Position numbers and translations under genes: made by a program. From assembly GCA_016875215.1 (NCBI GenBank), contig VGRX01000004.1, positions 1 to 58,697 of the forward strand: 58,697 bases of DNA, written 5' to 3'. The notes below the pieces were generated by a model, which had not been told where the DNA came from, made no database searches, and saw only the letters and a list, made by a program, of their open reading frames with translations. Origin of the DNA: Deltaproteobacteria bacterium. Its GTDB lineage: Bacteria > Myxococcota_A > UBA9042 > CAIXZC01. Every line of letters starts with the position of its first letter. Position 1 is the first letter of the stretch. Positions 6,499 through 15,075 of the stretch are shown here, piece by piece.

Positions 6499-8662
6499 GG
6501 GCGCGTCGCAGGCCGGCGAACCCGCTGGAGCGGGGAACCTCGGCCGACTGCGGCTCGGCTGGATCCTTCCGACCACACTGGCTGTGCTCTGCCTCGCATC
6601 GGGAATCCTCCTGGCGCTGCTGATCATGCGCCGCCAGAATGCCGAGCGGACCGGCGTCGAGAAGGCTCGGGAAGCCGCAATCGCCGTCACCCGGGAGGCC
6701 GCTGCACGGATCTCCGAGATCACGCTTGCCGCCCGCAAGGAAGCCGACTTCCTGGCCGGTCGCCTCAGCCGCGGCGACCTCGACGGCGAGACCGCTCCCA
6801 ACGTCATGCGCGAGCTCATCGAGAGCAATCCCTCGTTCTACGGCGGGACCATCACGTACCGTCCGTATGGGCACGCACCGGGCGTCCGCCTCCATGCCCC
6901 CTACTGCATGCACCAGGACGGCTCGGTGATCTGCAAGCCGCTCGAGGACGACTACGACTACACCGCCGCGGGCACCGACTGGTACCTGCTGCCCATGAAG
7001 AACGGCCCCCAATGGGTCGAGCCCTATCGCTGCGGGTCCGGAAACGCCTACATGGCCACCTACTCCGCCCCCTTCTTCGCCCCGGGCGAACCCCAGGGCA
7101 CGGACCGCAAACCGCTTGGGGTCGTCACGATCGACATCACCGTGGATGAGCTCGAGCGGGTCAGCCGCTCCCTGGACTTCGGCCGGGGTGGCTTTGCCGC
7201 TCTGACTTCCAGGGAGGGCCGCTACTTCTACCATCCCAACACGGACCTGGTCACCGGCCGCAAGACTCTGCTCCAGGTAGCGGAAGAGCTCAACGACCCC
7301 GACCGAGTGCTCGTCGCAGGCCTTGCCGAACGGGGCGAGACTGGCGTCCTCCTGCACACCAGTACCACCACCGGCAGGAAGTCGTGGCTCGTCGTCGAGC
7401 CTGTTCCCGATACCGGCTGGTCCGTCCAGGGAACCTACTTGCTCACCGAGCTTCTCTCCAACGTCGTCGCGGCGCGGCGCATGAGCCTCGACGTCGTGAT
7501 CGCCGCCGTCGCCTTCGGCATCCTCCTGGCCGGCACCCTCTTTGCCGTGCGACCCGGCCGACACCGCATCTGGCTCCTGTCGACCATCATCTCGCTCCTC
7601 CTCGCCGCCGGAATCGGCCTCACCTGGCATCACTACATGGAATTCCATCCGACGACCGCGCACATCGGGACTCCGGTCACTGGCGTCACCGAGCTGGCCG
7701 GTGCGAAGCAGGACGTCCTCGCCTCGGCCCGCGACAAAGGAATCCCGGAACCGCAGTTCCTGCCCGTGGGCGTTTTCGTCCAGTCGGCCGAGTTCGTCGC
7801 GGCCAACAACGTCCAGGTCACCGGCTACGTCTGGGAACGGCTGGCACCAGGGCACAAGCCCGTGGATCTCCTCTTCCCCGAAGCCACCGACATGGAGATG
7901 CAGGAGTCGTACTCCCGCACCACGGACGAGTCGACGGTCATCGGCTGGCGCTTCCGCGGTACGCTTCGCGAGCGGTTCGAGTACAAGGAGTTCCCACTCG
8001 ATCGGGAGACCATCTGGCTCCGGGTCCGGGCCGCAAGCCCGATCGACCCCGTGGTCCTCGTGCCCGACCTCGACTCCTATCCCATTCATGCGCCGGTCTC
8101 CCGTCCCGGCCTCGCCAGCGACCTGGTGCTCCCGGGGTGGGATGCCATCAGCAGCTTCTTCTCACTCAAGAGCATCGCGTACACGACCAACTTCGGCCTC
8201 AAGAACGCGGGCATGCAGGGCGACTACCCCGAGCTGTTCTTCTGCATGGCCATCCAGCGACGCTTCAACGATGCCTTCATTTCCTACCTGACGCCCCTCC
8301 TCGTCGTGACCATGATGCTGTTCGGCATGCTGCTGGCCCTCACCCGCCACCCGGAACGCTTCTCCCTGCTCGGCCCCCAGACTTCCACGGTCCTCGGCTT
8401 CACAGCGGCGCTCTTCTTCGTGGTAATCTTCAGCCACATCGACCTGAGGCAGAAGCTCAGCGCCCAGAGTGTTTTCTATCTCGAATATTTTTACTTAATT
8501 ATGTATGTTGCAATACTGCTGGTGAGTATTATTTCGCTAGTATTCATGCTTGATGATAGGATAAAAGTAGTTCAATACAGGGACTGCCTGCTCCCGAAGG
8601 TGACCTACTTCCCGTTCCTGCTGCTGTCCTTCTTCGTCGTGACGATTGCGACCTTCTACTAG
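6482..8662 (+). CDS. Membrane protein: N-terminal TM + periplasmic Cache-like sensor + 2 TM + pentameric ligand-gated ion channel (Cys-loop receptor)-like extracellular and 4-TM channel domains
   Basis: Start at ATG 6482 (MENKTEG, GGGGGA upstream), overlapping the GH114-like gene by 17 nt. Cache-like segment: DDYDYTAAGTDWYLLPMKNGPQWVEPYRCGSGNAYMATYSAPFF. pLGIC-like segments: NNVQVTGYVWERL, YKEFPLDRETIWLRVRA (compare FPFDxQxCxLxF) and pre-M1 ELFFCMAIQRRFNDAFISYLTPLLVV, followed by four hydrophobic helices. Confidence 0.65.
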   Translation: MENKTEGASQAGEPAGAGNLGRLRLGWILPTTLAVLCLASGILLALLIMRRQNAERTGVEKAREAAIAVTREAAARISEITLAARKEADFLAGRLSRGDLDGETAPNVMRELIESNPSFYGGTITYRPYGHAPGVRLHAPYCMHQDGSVICKPLEDDYDYTAAGTDWYLLPMKNGPQWVEPYRCGSGNAYMATYSAPFFAPGEPQGTDRKPLGVVTIDITVDELERVSRSLDFGRGGFAALTSREGRYFYHPNTDLVTGRKTLLQVAEELNDPDRVLVAGLAERGETGVLLHTSTTTGRKSWLVVEPVPDTGWSVQGTYLLTELLSNVVAARRMSLDVVIAAVAFGILLAGTLFAVRPGRHRIWLLSTIISLLLAAGIGLTWHHYMEFHPTTAHIGTPVTGVTELAGAKQDVLASARDKGIPEPQFLPVGVFVQSAEFVAANNVQVTGYVWERLAPGHKPVDLLFPEATDMEMQESYSRTTDESTVIGWRFRGTLRERFEYKEFPLDRETIWLRVRAASPIDPVVLVPDLDSYPIHAPVSRPGLASDLVLPGWDAISSFFSLKSIAYTTNFGLKNAGMQGDYPELFFCMAIQRRFNDAFISYLTPLLVVTMMLFGMLLALTRHPERFSLLGPQTSTVLGFTAALFFVVIFSHIDLRQKLSAQSVFYLEYFYLIMYVAILLVSIISLVFMLDDRIKVVQYRDCLLPKVTYFPFLLLSFFVVTIATFY

Positions 8663-8830
8663 CGGATTGCCTCCGTGGCGAGGCGAAGCAGCGGCCCGAG
8701 TCGGATTGACTGAACCTCGGTAGCGGCCGGGGGACGTCTCCAACGGCCTCCCTTCGGTCCGGAGTTGGTTCCGGCCTCTCCGAACTGATCCATTCGAATG
8801 GCCTGGAATGCCGGTCCGAGCGGATTCCTC

Positions 8831-8859
8831 TTGACTTCCCGGACCGCAATCCCCATAAT
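8831..8859 (+). promoter_or_regulatory. Near-consensus sigma70-like promoter upstream of the sulfur-assimilation operon
   Basis: TTGACT (8831..8836), exactly 17 nt, then CATAAT (8854..8859), inside a locally AT-richer patch about 150 nt upstream of the cysteine synthase ATG. Confidence 0.45.
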
Positions 8860-8947
8860 GTCTACTGTATTTGTAGTGTTTTGCGCCGGCGGGGTCGGGT
8901 GGCGAACGGCCGGCAGATGCCCTGGGAATGGCCGTAGGAGGAATACC

Positions 8948-9004
8948 ATGACGAAGCTCGTGGCGGCCGCAACTGCGGTCGTTCTCACCGGGATGCGAGG
9001 TTGA
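8948..9004 (+). CDS. Candidate 18-codon upstream/leader ORF (MTKLVAAATAVVLTGMRG)
   Basis: AGGAGGA lies 5 nt upstream of ATG 8948. The stop TGA at 9002..9004 is 2 nt before the cysteine synthase ATG 9007. There is no homology evidence. Confidence 0.3.
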   Translation: MTKLVAAATAVVLTGMRG

Positions 9005-9006
9005 CC

Positions 9007-9987
9007 ATGCCCAATCGCCCCCTCAATCATGATCGGTCGCTCCGTCGCTACGATGACATCCGCCAGCTCATCGGTTCCCCGGAATCGCCGACTCCGCTCG
9101 TGAGGCTCAACCGGGTCGCCCGGGGGAACGCGGGGGTGTTCGTCAAGCTCGAGTGGTTCAATCCCTTCGGCTCGATCAAGGACAGGACCGCTCTCTATCT
9201 CCTCCGCGGGCTTGCGGAACGGGGCCTCCTGGACGGACGGGAGCTCGTGGAGCCCTCGTCGGGCAACACCGGGATCGCGCTGGCCGCGCTGGCCGCGCTG
9301 GCCGGCATCCGTCTCACGGTGACGATCCCGGACGGCGTCCCGGAGGAGAAGAAGGTCCTGCTGCGCATGCTTGGGGCCACCGTGATCGAAACGCCGGATG
9401 ACCTGTGCCCCATCGACCATCCCAAGGACGGGGCCATCGCATTGGCGCACTCCATTGCCGAAAGCCCGGCGAATGCCGGTCTGTACGTCATGCCCAACCA
9501 GTATGCCAATCCGGACAACGTGCGCGCACATTTCGAGACCACCGGGCCCGAGATCTGGAACCAGACCGAGGGGCAGGTACGGACGTTCGTGGCAGGATAC
9601 GGGACGTGCGGCACCATCACGGGCGTCGCCCGCTACCTCAAGGAACGGAATCCCGAAGTCCGGGTGGTGGCCGTGGAGCCGCAGCGCGGTCACCGCCTGC
9701 CCGGTCTGAAGAATCTCCAGGAGTCCAGGCAGCCGGAGATCCTCGATCGGTCTCTCATCGACGAGGTCGTGCGCGTCGACGACGGCCCAGCCTACGAAAT
9801 GACGGCCCGCCTATACAGGGAGGAGGGTCTCGTCGTCGGTCCGTCGACCGGGGCAATCGTGCATGCGGCGGTCTCGAAGTCCGCCATGGAGGAGGGGGTC
9901 GTCGTCGCGATCTCTCCCGACGGTGGCCAGAAGTATGGCAGCTTCTTCACGACCTGGCTCCGGCAGCAGCATCCGGGGTCGGGCTGA
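9007..9987 (+). CDS. PLP-dependent cysteine synthase family protein (CysM/CysK-like, second paralogue)
   Basis: TPLVRLNR, KLEWFNPFGSIKDRTA (PLP lysine motif), EPSSGNTGIALA and GTCGTITG. ATG 9007 has GAGG 6 nt upstream; the track starts at TTG 9001. Confidence 0.85.
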   Translation: MPNRPLNHDRSLRRYDDIRQLIGSPESPTPLVRLNRVARGNAGVFVKLEWFNPFGSIKDRTALYLLRGLAERGLLDGRELVEPSSGNTGIALAALAALAGIRLTVTIPDGVPEEKKVLLRMLGATVIETPDDLCPIDHPKDGAIALAHSIAESPANAGLYVMPNQYANPDNVRAHFETTGPEIWNQTEGQVRTFVAGYGTCGTITGVARYLKERNPEVRVVAVEPQRGHRLPGLKNLQESRQPEILDRSLIDEVVRVDDGPAYEMTARLYREEGLVVGPSTGAIVHAAVSKSAMEEGVVVAISPDGGQKYGSFFTTWLRQQHPGSG

Positions 9988-10014
9988 GAGCTGCGGGCCT
10001 GAAGGAGGCCAACC

Positions 10015-12417
10015 ATGGAGCGGTTCGATCTGAAGGCGGTTCAGGAGGCCCACCTCGACAAGCTGAGGGCAGCGACGACCGCGTTCCTCCAGGGGACGCT
10101 GCCGACAGCCCACTTCCGGGCAGTCCGCGTCCCCGCGGGCATCTATGAGCAGCGGGAGAACGGCCGCTACATGGTCCGCATCCGCTGTACTGCGGGACTG
10201 GTGACGTCAGGGCAGCTCAGGACGCTTTCCGATGCGGCGGAGCGGTTCGGAAGCCCTATGCTCCATCTCACCACGCGACAGGACATCCAGATCCACGACC
10301 TGCTGGCCCAGAACCTCCTCCCCGTGGTCGAGATGCTGGCCGGAGTCGGGCTCTCGTCGCTTGGCGGAGGAGGAAACACCGTCAGGAACGTCACGGTCTG
10401 CCCGATGGCCGGCTTCTGCCCGCAGGAGGAGTTCGACGTGACCCCGCATGCGAGGATGCTCACCACGGCTCTGCTCTCGACCGGAGGGAACATCGATCTG
10501 CCTCGCAAGTTCAAGGTCGCGCTGTCCGGCTGCGAGGTCGATTGCGCAGGCGCCCGGTTCAACGACGTCGGGTTCCTTCCGGCCTCGGCAGAGTCCGACA
10601 AGCGGAAGGCAGACGAAGCCCCCTCCGCGTGCAGGTTCCGTGTGTTTGCGGGGGGGGGAATGGGAGCGCGCAGCCTCCCTGGCTTCCCGCTCGAGGAGTC
10701 ACTGCCCGAGAACGAAGCCGTGGCCGCGACGCGTGCGATCCGGGAGGTGTTCGACCGATTCGGAAACCGGCGCAACCGCCACCAGGCCCGGCTCCGGTTC
10801 CTCGTGGAGCGAATGGGAACCGACGAGTTCGCAGCGCACTATCGTCGGGCCCGGTCGAGGTCGGACGGGATGCCCCCCCCTCCGGGAGCCTCTCCGGACT
10901 GGACCCGGACCGAGCCGGTCGTGGGCGGGGCCGGCCTCGCTCCTGTGACTTCGGGACCGGAGGGAACCGGGCCCCGCATCGAGCCCGACTCGGCCGATCT
11001 CGTCCGCTGGATGGAGCAGAATGTGACGCCGCAGCGCCAGGCCGGCTACTTCTTCCTGACCCTGCCGGTCTTCCTCGGAGAGATCCAGGCGGCCTCCCTT
11101 CGGGCCGTTGCGGACGTGGCGGAGCGGGTCGGAACGGGAGTGGTCCGGGTCGTCCAGACCCAGAATCTCCTGCTGCCGGGCGTACCGGCTGCCAGCCTGA
11201 GGCTGGCCCACTCGCTGCTGCGGGGCGCAGGCCTGGCCCGGCCGGTTCCCCGGGTTCTCCGAGAGATGACGGTTTGTGCGGGCTCGTCGACCTGCCGACT
11301 GGGGATCTGCCAGTCGCGTGGGCTCGCAACGGCAGTCGAAGCCAGGCTGGAATCGTCGAGGCTTTCTCTCGATGCTCTGTCGGGCGTCAGCATCCACATC
11401 AGCGGCTGCCCCAACTCCTGCGGCCGGCATCCGCTTGCGGACGTGGGCCTGGCAGGGGCCGTTCGCCGCGTCCAGGGGCGGGCCACGCCCCACTACGAAT
11501 TCCGGCTGGGCACGGGCATCCCGGGAACACTGGCCGAGCCCGGTCCCACGCTGCCCGCCCGCCTGGTTCCCGAGGCGGTGGAGAAGCTGCTGGCCGGACT
11601 GGCGGACGCACGAGCCGTCCTTCCCGCCAGCTCCCCTTTGAGTCAGAAGGGGCTGCTCGAACAGTTTGCCGGCTTGCAGGAGGTTCCGGATCTGCACATC
11701 GACTGGGGAGATCGGGCGGAGTTCTCCCTGGCAGGCCGCGGCCCTGGCGAATGCGGGGCCGGGGTCTTCGACCTCATCGAGCTCGACCTGGCCACGGCCG
11801 ACGAAGCCCTGGGGCAGGGCCGCTTGATCGATGCGACCGTCGCGTCCGCAAGAGCGCTCCTGGTCACCCGAGGGCTGTCCGCATCCAGCGACCTCGAAGC
11901 GCTCGAGCTCTTCCGCACCAGCCTCGTCGGGCCGGATCTGCTGGCCGTGGACCATCTCCCTGTCGTCGACCTGGCAGTCGATACGCTCCGGAAGACAGGT
12001 GCGGTCCCCCCACCGGACAGGGAGCATGTTGCCGCTCTCCTGGCCGCAGTGCGCGAGCTGTACGGTCGGCTGGACGCCTCCCTCCGGCTGCCCGGGCCCC
12101 CGGCATCCCCGTTGCAGGAGGGCCCGCCGGCCGAGCAGGCGCAGCCGCCGACTCCGACCCGCGGGAGCGTGGCGAACACCCCCGCCCCCTCCCCCCCCCC
12201 CCCCACGGAGGATCTGCGCGGGGTGACGTGCCCGCTCAATTTCGTCAAGGCCAGGATGGCGCTCGCCCGCGTTCCCATTGGCGACGAGCTCCACGTGCTG
12301 CTGGATGCCCCGGGTGCCCGCAACGTGCCGGAGAGCCTGGTCAAGGACGGCCAGCAGGTGCTGGAGCTGGCCGAGGAGGAGTCCTGGTGGCGCCTCCGGC
12401 TCCGTCGTCTACGATGA
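10015..12417 (+). CDS. Assimilatory sulfite (or nitrite) reductase haemoprotein, sirohaem/4Fe-4S type, fused to a C-terminal TusA/SirA-like sulfur-carrier domain
   Basis: NIR_SIR-like segments: MLHLTTRQDIQIHDL, GGGGNTVRNVTVCP, KFKVALSGC. Cluster cysteines: TVCAGSSTCRLGIC and HISGCPNSCGRH. The C-terminal ~75 aa, DLRGVTCPLNFVKARMALARVPIGDELHVLLD, matches the TusA CPxP-type motif. AAGGAGG lies 6 nt upstream. Confidence 0.8.
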   Translation: MERFDLKAVQEAHLDKLRAATTAFLQGTLPTAHFRAVRVPAGIYEQRENGRYMVRIRCTAGLVTSGQLRTLSDAAERFGSPMLHLTTRQDIQIHDLLAQNLLPVVEMLAGVGLSSLGGGGNTVRNVTVCPMAGFCPQEEFDVTPHARMLTTALLSTGGNIDLPRKFKVALSGCEVDCAGARFNDVGFLPASAESDKRKADEAPSACRFRVFAGGGMGARSLPGFPLEESLPENEAVAATRAIREVFDRFGNRRNRHQARLRFLVERMGTDEFAAHYRRARSRSDGMPPPPGASPDWTRTEPVVGGAGLAPVTSGPEGTGPRIEPDSADLVRWMEQNVTPQRQAGYFFLTLPVFLGEIQAASLRAVADVAERVGTGVVRVVQTQNLLLPGVPAASLRLAHSLLRGAGLARPVPRVLREMTVCAGSSTCRLGICQSRGLATAVEARLESSRLSLDALSGVSIHISGCPNSCGRHPLADVGLAGAVRRVQGRATPHYEFRLGTGIPGTLAEPGPTLPARLVPEAVEKLLAGLADARAVLPASSPLSQKGLLEQFAGLQEVPDLHIDWGDRAEFSLAGRGPGECGAGVFDLIELDLATADEALGQGRLIDATVASARALLVTRGLSASSDLEALELFRTSLVGPDLLAVDHLPVVDLAVDTLRKTGAVPPPDREHVAALLAAVRELYGRLDASLRLPGPPASPLQEGPPAEQAQPPTPTRGSVANTPAPSPPPPTEDLRGVTCPLNFVKARMALARVPIGDELHVLLDAPGARNVPESLVKDGQQVLELAEEESWWRLRLRRLR

Positions 12418-14090
12418 GGTGCGACATGGAAAAAACCGGTCGTTCCACGCCCCCTCGGGGCTCGCTGCGTCGCTCGCCCCGGACCCTGCTCACCCTGGCC
12501 TTCGATGTCGAAGGTCTGCCCTGCCTGGTGGTCGGGGGCGGACGTATCGGAACTCGAAAGGCGCTGACCCTGCTCGACCACGGCGCAACGGTATCCGTCC
12601 TGGCTCCGGCCCTGTCCACGAGGCTCCGCATGGAGGCCTGTTCAGGACGCCTCCGATGGCTCCCGGCGGAGTTCGCTGCCGGCGCCACCACGGGCTACCG
12701 CCTCGTCGTGGCCGCGACCGACTCGGCCCGAGTCAACGCAGCCATCGCGGACGAGGCCGCCAAGCAGGGTACCCCGTGCTGCAATGTCTCGGACCGGGGC
12801 CGGACCCGGGTGCTGTTTCCCGCGTGCAGCCGCGTGGGGGAGGTCACCGTGGCAATCCACACCGGAGGGACCGACTGCCGGCGCTCCCGCCGACTGAGCA
12901 AGGCCGCTGCCGCCTGGCTGGAGGCGCAGCAGCAGGACAGGCCGGCTGCCCCCGCAGGAATGGGGGGGCCCTCCCTCAAGCTCGTGAGCTCCCCGGCAGC
13001 ATCGGCTCCGCCCGCGGGACTGGTGCTCCTCGTCGGGGCCGGCCCCGGAGCACCGGATCTGCTCACGCTTCGAGGGCTGCATGCTCTGCAGCGCGCGGAT
13101 GTCATCATCCAGGACGATCTGCTTCCCGAGGACTACGTGGAGCACCTGCCGGTGGACATGTCCCGGACCCGCCTCATCCGCCTGGGTTCGGGAGCGGCAC
13201 GGGAATCACAGGCCGAGATCGGAGTGATGCTGGTGCGGCTCGCCGGAGCCGGCCTGGTCGTGGCTCGTCTCAAGGGAGGCGATCCCGGGGTCTTCGGACG
13301 GCTCGAAGAGGAGCTGTCGGCCCTTTACGAGGCAGGCATCCCGGTCGAGGTGGTGCCGGGGACGACCGCGGGCCTCGCAGCGGCTTGTGCGGCCGGACTT
13401 CCGGCCACACGGCGCGGCCAGGGCCGGTCCGTGGCCCTGGCAACGGCCCGGACCGCAGACGGCGGAGGCGTTCCCGAGCTGCCCCGTGCGGATACACTCC
13501 TGCTGTACATGGGGGTCGCTGCGACAAGGGAGATCCAGGGGCGCCTGCTGGCCTCGGGCTGGGCTCCCGAGACCCCTTGCCGCATCTTCGAGCGGGCCAC
13601 CCAGCGCTTCGAGCGTGTCCTGGACGCGTGCCTGGAGAGGCTGCCTGAGCTGTGCACGGCGATGGGAGTTCGGAGCCCCGCGCTGCTCATGGTGGGGATC
13701 GGGGCAACCTCGGTCGGGGACTCCGCATGCCACCCCCGGATCCTCTGCTTCGGCAACAATCCGCAGCCCTACCGATGCCTGGGGCACGTCCTGCACTGGC
13801 CGGCGTCCCATCCGGACTTCCCGGAACGCCTTGCCCCGGCTGAAGTGGCCCTGTTCCAGCGTCCGGACGAGGTGGACGCTATTTGCCTCCGCCTCGCACG
13901 GGAGGACCTCCCTTCCCACATCTGGTGCGAAGGGGATTCCACCCTGGACGCCGCCTTGAGAAGAGGGCTCCCGGCCGTCGCGCCTCCCCCTCTCGCCCTC
14001 GCTCGGCCGCGTGGCCCGGATCGTCGGCACGACGCCGTGACGAGGCTTCTGAAGAACGACGGGTTGGACGTGGGATCCGGGCATGGCTGA
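12414..14090 (+). CDS. cysG: Sirohaem synthase-like: precorrin-2 dehydrogenase/ferrochelatase (SirC/CysG-N) + uroporphyrinogen-III C-methyltransferase (CobA/CysG-C) with ~130-aa unassigned C-terminal extension
   Basis: LVVGGGRIGTRKALTLLDHGATVSVLAP (Rossmann fold), then LVGAGPGAPDLLTLRGLHALQRADVIIQDDL and RLKGGDPGVFGR (methyltransferase). ATG 12414 overlaps the sulfite reductase stop (ATGA); ATG 12426 is an alternative. It is part of the 1182-aa artefactual track ORF 10542..14090. Confidence 0.8.
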   Translation: MRCDMEKTGRSTPPRGSLRRSPRTLLTLAFDVEGLPCLVVGGGRIGTRKALTLLDHGATVSVLAPALSTRLRMEACSGRLRWLPAEFAAGATTGYRLVVAATDSARVNAAIADEAAKQGTPCCNVSDRGRTRVLFPACSRVGEVTVAIHTGGTDCRRSRRLSKAAAAWLEAQQQDRPAAPAGMGGPSLKLVSSPAASAPPAGLVLLVGAGPGAPDLLTLRGLHALQRADVIIQDDLLPEDYVEHLPVDMSRTRLIRLGSGAARESQAEIGVMLVRLAGAGLVVARLKGGDPGVFGRLEEELSALYEAGIPVEVVPGTTAGLAAACAAGLPATRRGQGRSVALATARTADGGGVPELPRADTLLLYMGVAATREIQGRLLASGWAPETPCRIFERATQRFERVLDACLERLPELCTAMGVRSPALLMVGIGATSVGDSACHPRILCFGNNPQPYRCLGHVLHWPASHPDFPERLAPAEVALFQRPDEVDAICLRLAREDLPSHIWCEGDSTLDAALRRGLPAVAPPPLALARPRGPDRRHDAVTRLLKNDGLDVGSGHG

Positions 14091-15075
14091 GCTCCTCCTG
14101 GCCGTGACGGCTGCAGCCTTTGCGATGAACATGGGTGGAAGCGGGCTGGCGCCAGCGTTCTCGTCTGCGCTGGGGGCCCGCCTGGTCAGCCGGCGCCTGG
14201 CACCGGTCCTCTTCGGCGTGTTCGTGTGCCTGGGGGCCATGCTGCTCGGTTCCCAGGTCGCACGGACCCTGGGGAAGGACCTGGTGGCGGTCGAGCATCT
14301 CAACCAGACCGCTGCCCTCGTGGTCGTGACCTCCGCGGCCGCATCTCTGCTCCTCGCCAACGTCCTCGGCGTGCCCCAGTCGACCTCCTGGGTGACGGTG
14401 GCTTCCATCTCGACGGTGGGCCTCCTTCACTCGAGCCTCAACACCGAAACCCTGTTCCACCGGCTGATCCCGGCCTGGTTGCTCCTCCCCTGCGCAGCGT
14501 TCCTCCTCACCCGCGTGTCCCTCTCGCTCTTCTACCCGCTTCGGCCCGACAACTTCCGCAGGATCGAGTGGCTGACCCGCCGGCAGCGCGCACTGAAGGG
14601 GTTCGTCCTGGCCAGCTCCTGCCTCGTCGCCTTCTCCATCGGCTCCAACAACGTGGCCAATGTCGTCGCCCCCATTGCAGCGGCAGGCATCCTCGATCCG
14701 ATTCTGGGATTCGCGCTCTCCGCCCCCCTGTTCGGCCTCGGCGCTGCGCTCCTGACCAGGCCCAGCCGCACCGTCGGGACCGCCATCGTCCCCCTGGGCC
14801 CCATCGCGGCCACCATCGTCAACCTGGTCACCGGACTGCTCCTGCTGACCGCCTCGGTCTTCGGGATTCCCCAGTCGCTCGTCCAGATTATGACCGCTTC
14901 CGTCATTGCCGTGCGATGGGTCAAGGACGGCCCGGAGGCCGTCGCCAACCATGCCCCGCTCCGCAAGGTCCTTCTCCTCTGGATCATCTCCCCCCTGATC
15001 GCCGCACTGATCACCTGGCTGCTCCTCCCCGTGGCAGCCGGCCTGATGGACGGAGGCACCGGCCATGGTCCCTGA
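14083..15075 (+). CDS. PiT (PHO4) family inorganic anion permease; by context a candidate CysP-like sulfate permease
   Basis: Polytopic membrane protein. NMGGSGLAPAFSSALGA, GVPQSTSWVTVASI, SIGSNNVANVVAPI and GIPQSLVQIMTASVIA are duplicated PiT signature-like segments. It overlaps neighbours on both sides (8 and 11 nt). Confidence 0.75.
   Translation: MAELLLAVTAAAFAMNMGGSGLAPAFSSALGARLVSRRLAPVLFGVFVCLGAMLLGSQVARTLGKDLVAVEHLNQTAALVVVTSAAASLLLANVLGVPQSTSWVTVASISTVGLLHSSLNTETLFHRLIPAWLLLPCAAFLLTRVSLSLFYPLRPDNFRRIEWLTRRQRALKGFVLASSCLVAFSIGSNNVANVVAPIAAAGILDPILGFALSAPLFGLGAALLTRPSRTVGTAIVPLGPIAATIVNLVTGLLLLTASVFGIPQSLVQIMTASVIAVRWVKDGPEAVANHAPLRKVLLLWIISPLIAALITWLLLPVAAGLMDGGTGHGP

Noticed and set aside
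8798-9004. 68-aa ORF covering the cys-operon leader
   Set aside because: Its first 50 codons run through the predicted promoter and have no SD. Only the last 18 codons, preceded by AGGAGGA, are retained as a candidate uORF.
10542-14090. 1182-aa ORF spanning the sulfite reductase and sirohaem synthase region
   Set aside because: Only its last ~560 codons (from 12414) are in the frame of a recognisable protein. The upstream part is an Arg/Pro/Gly-rich alternate frame of the well-supported sulfite reductase gene, a typical high-GC open-frame artefact.
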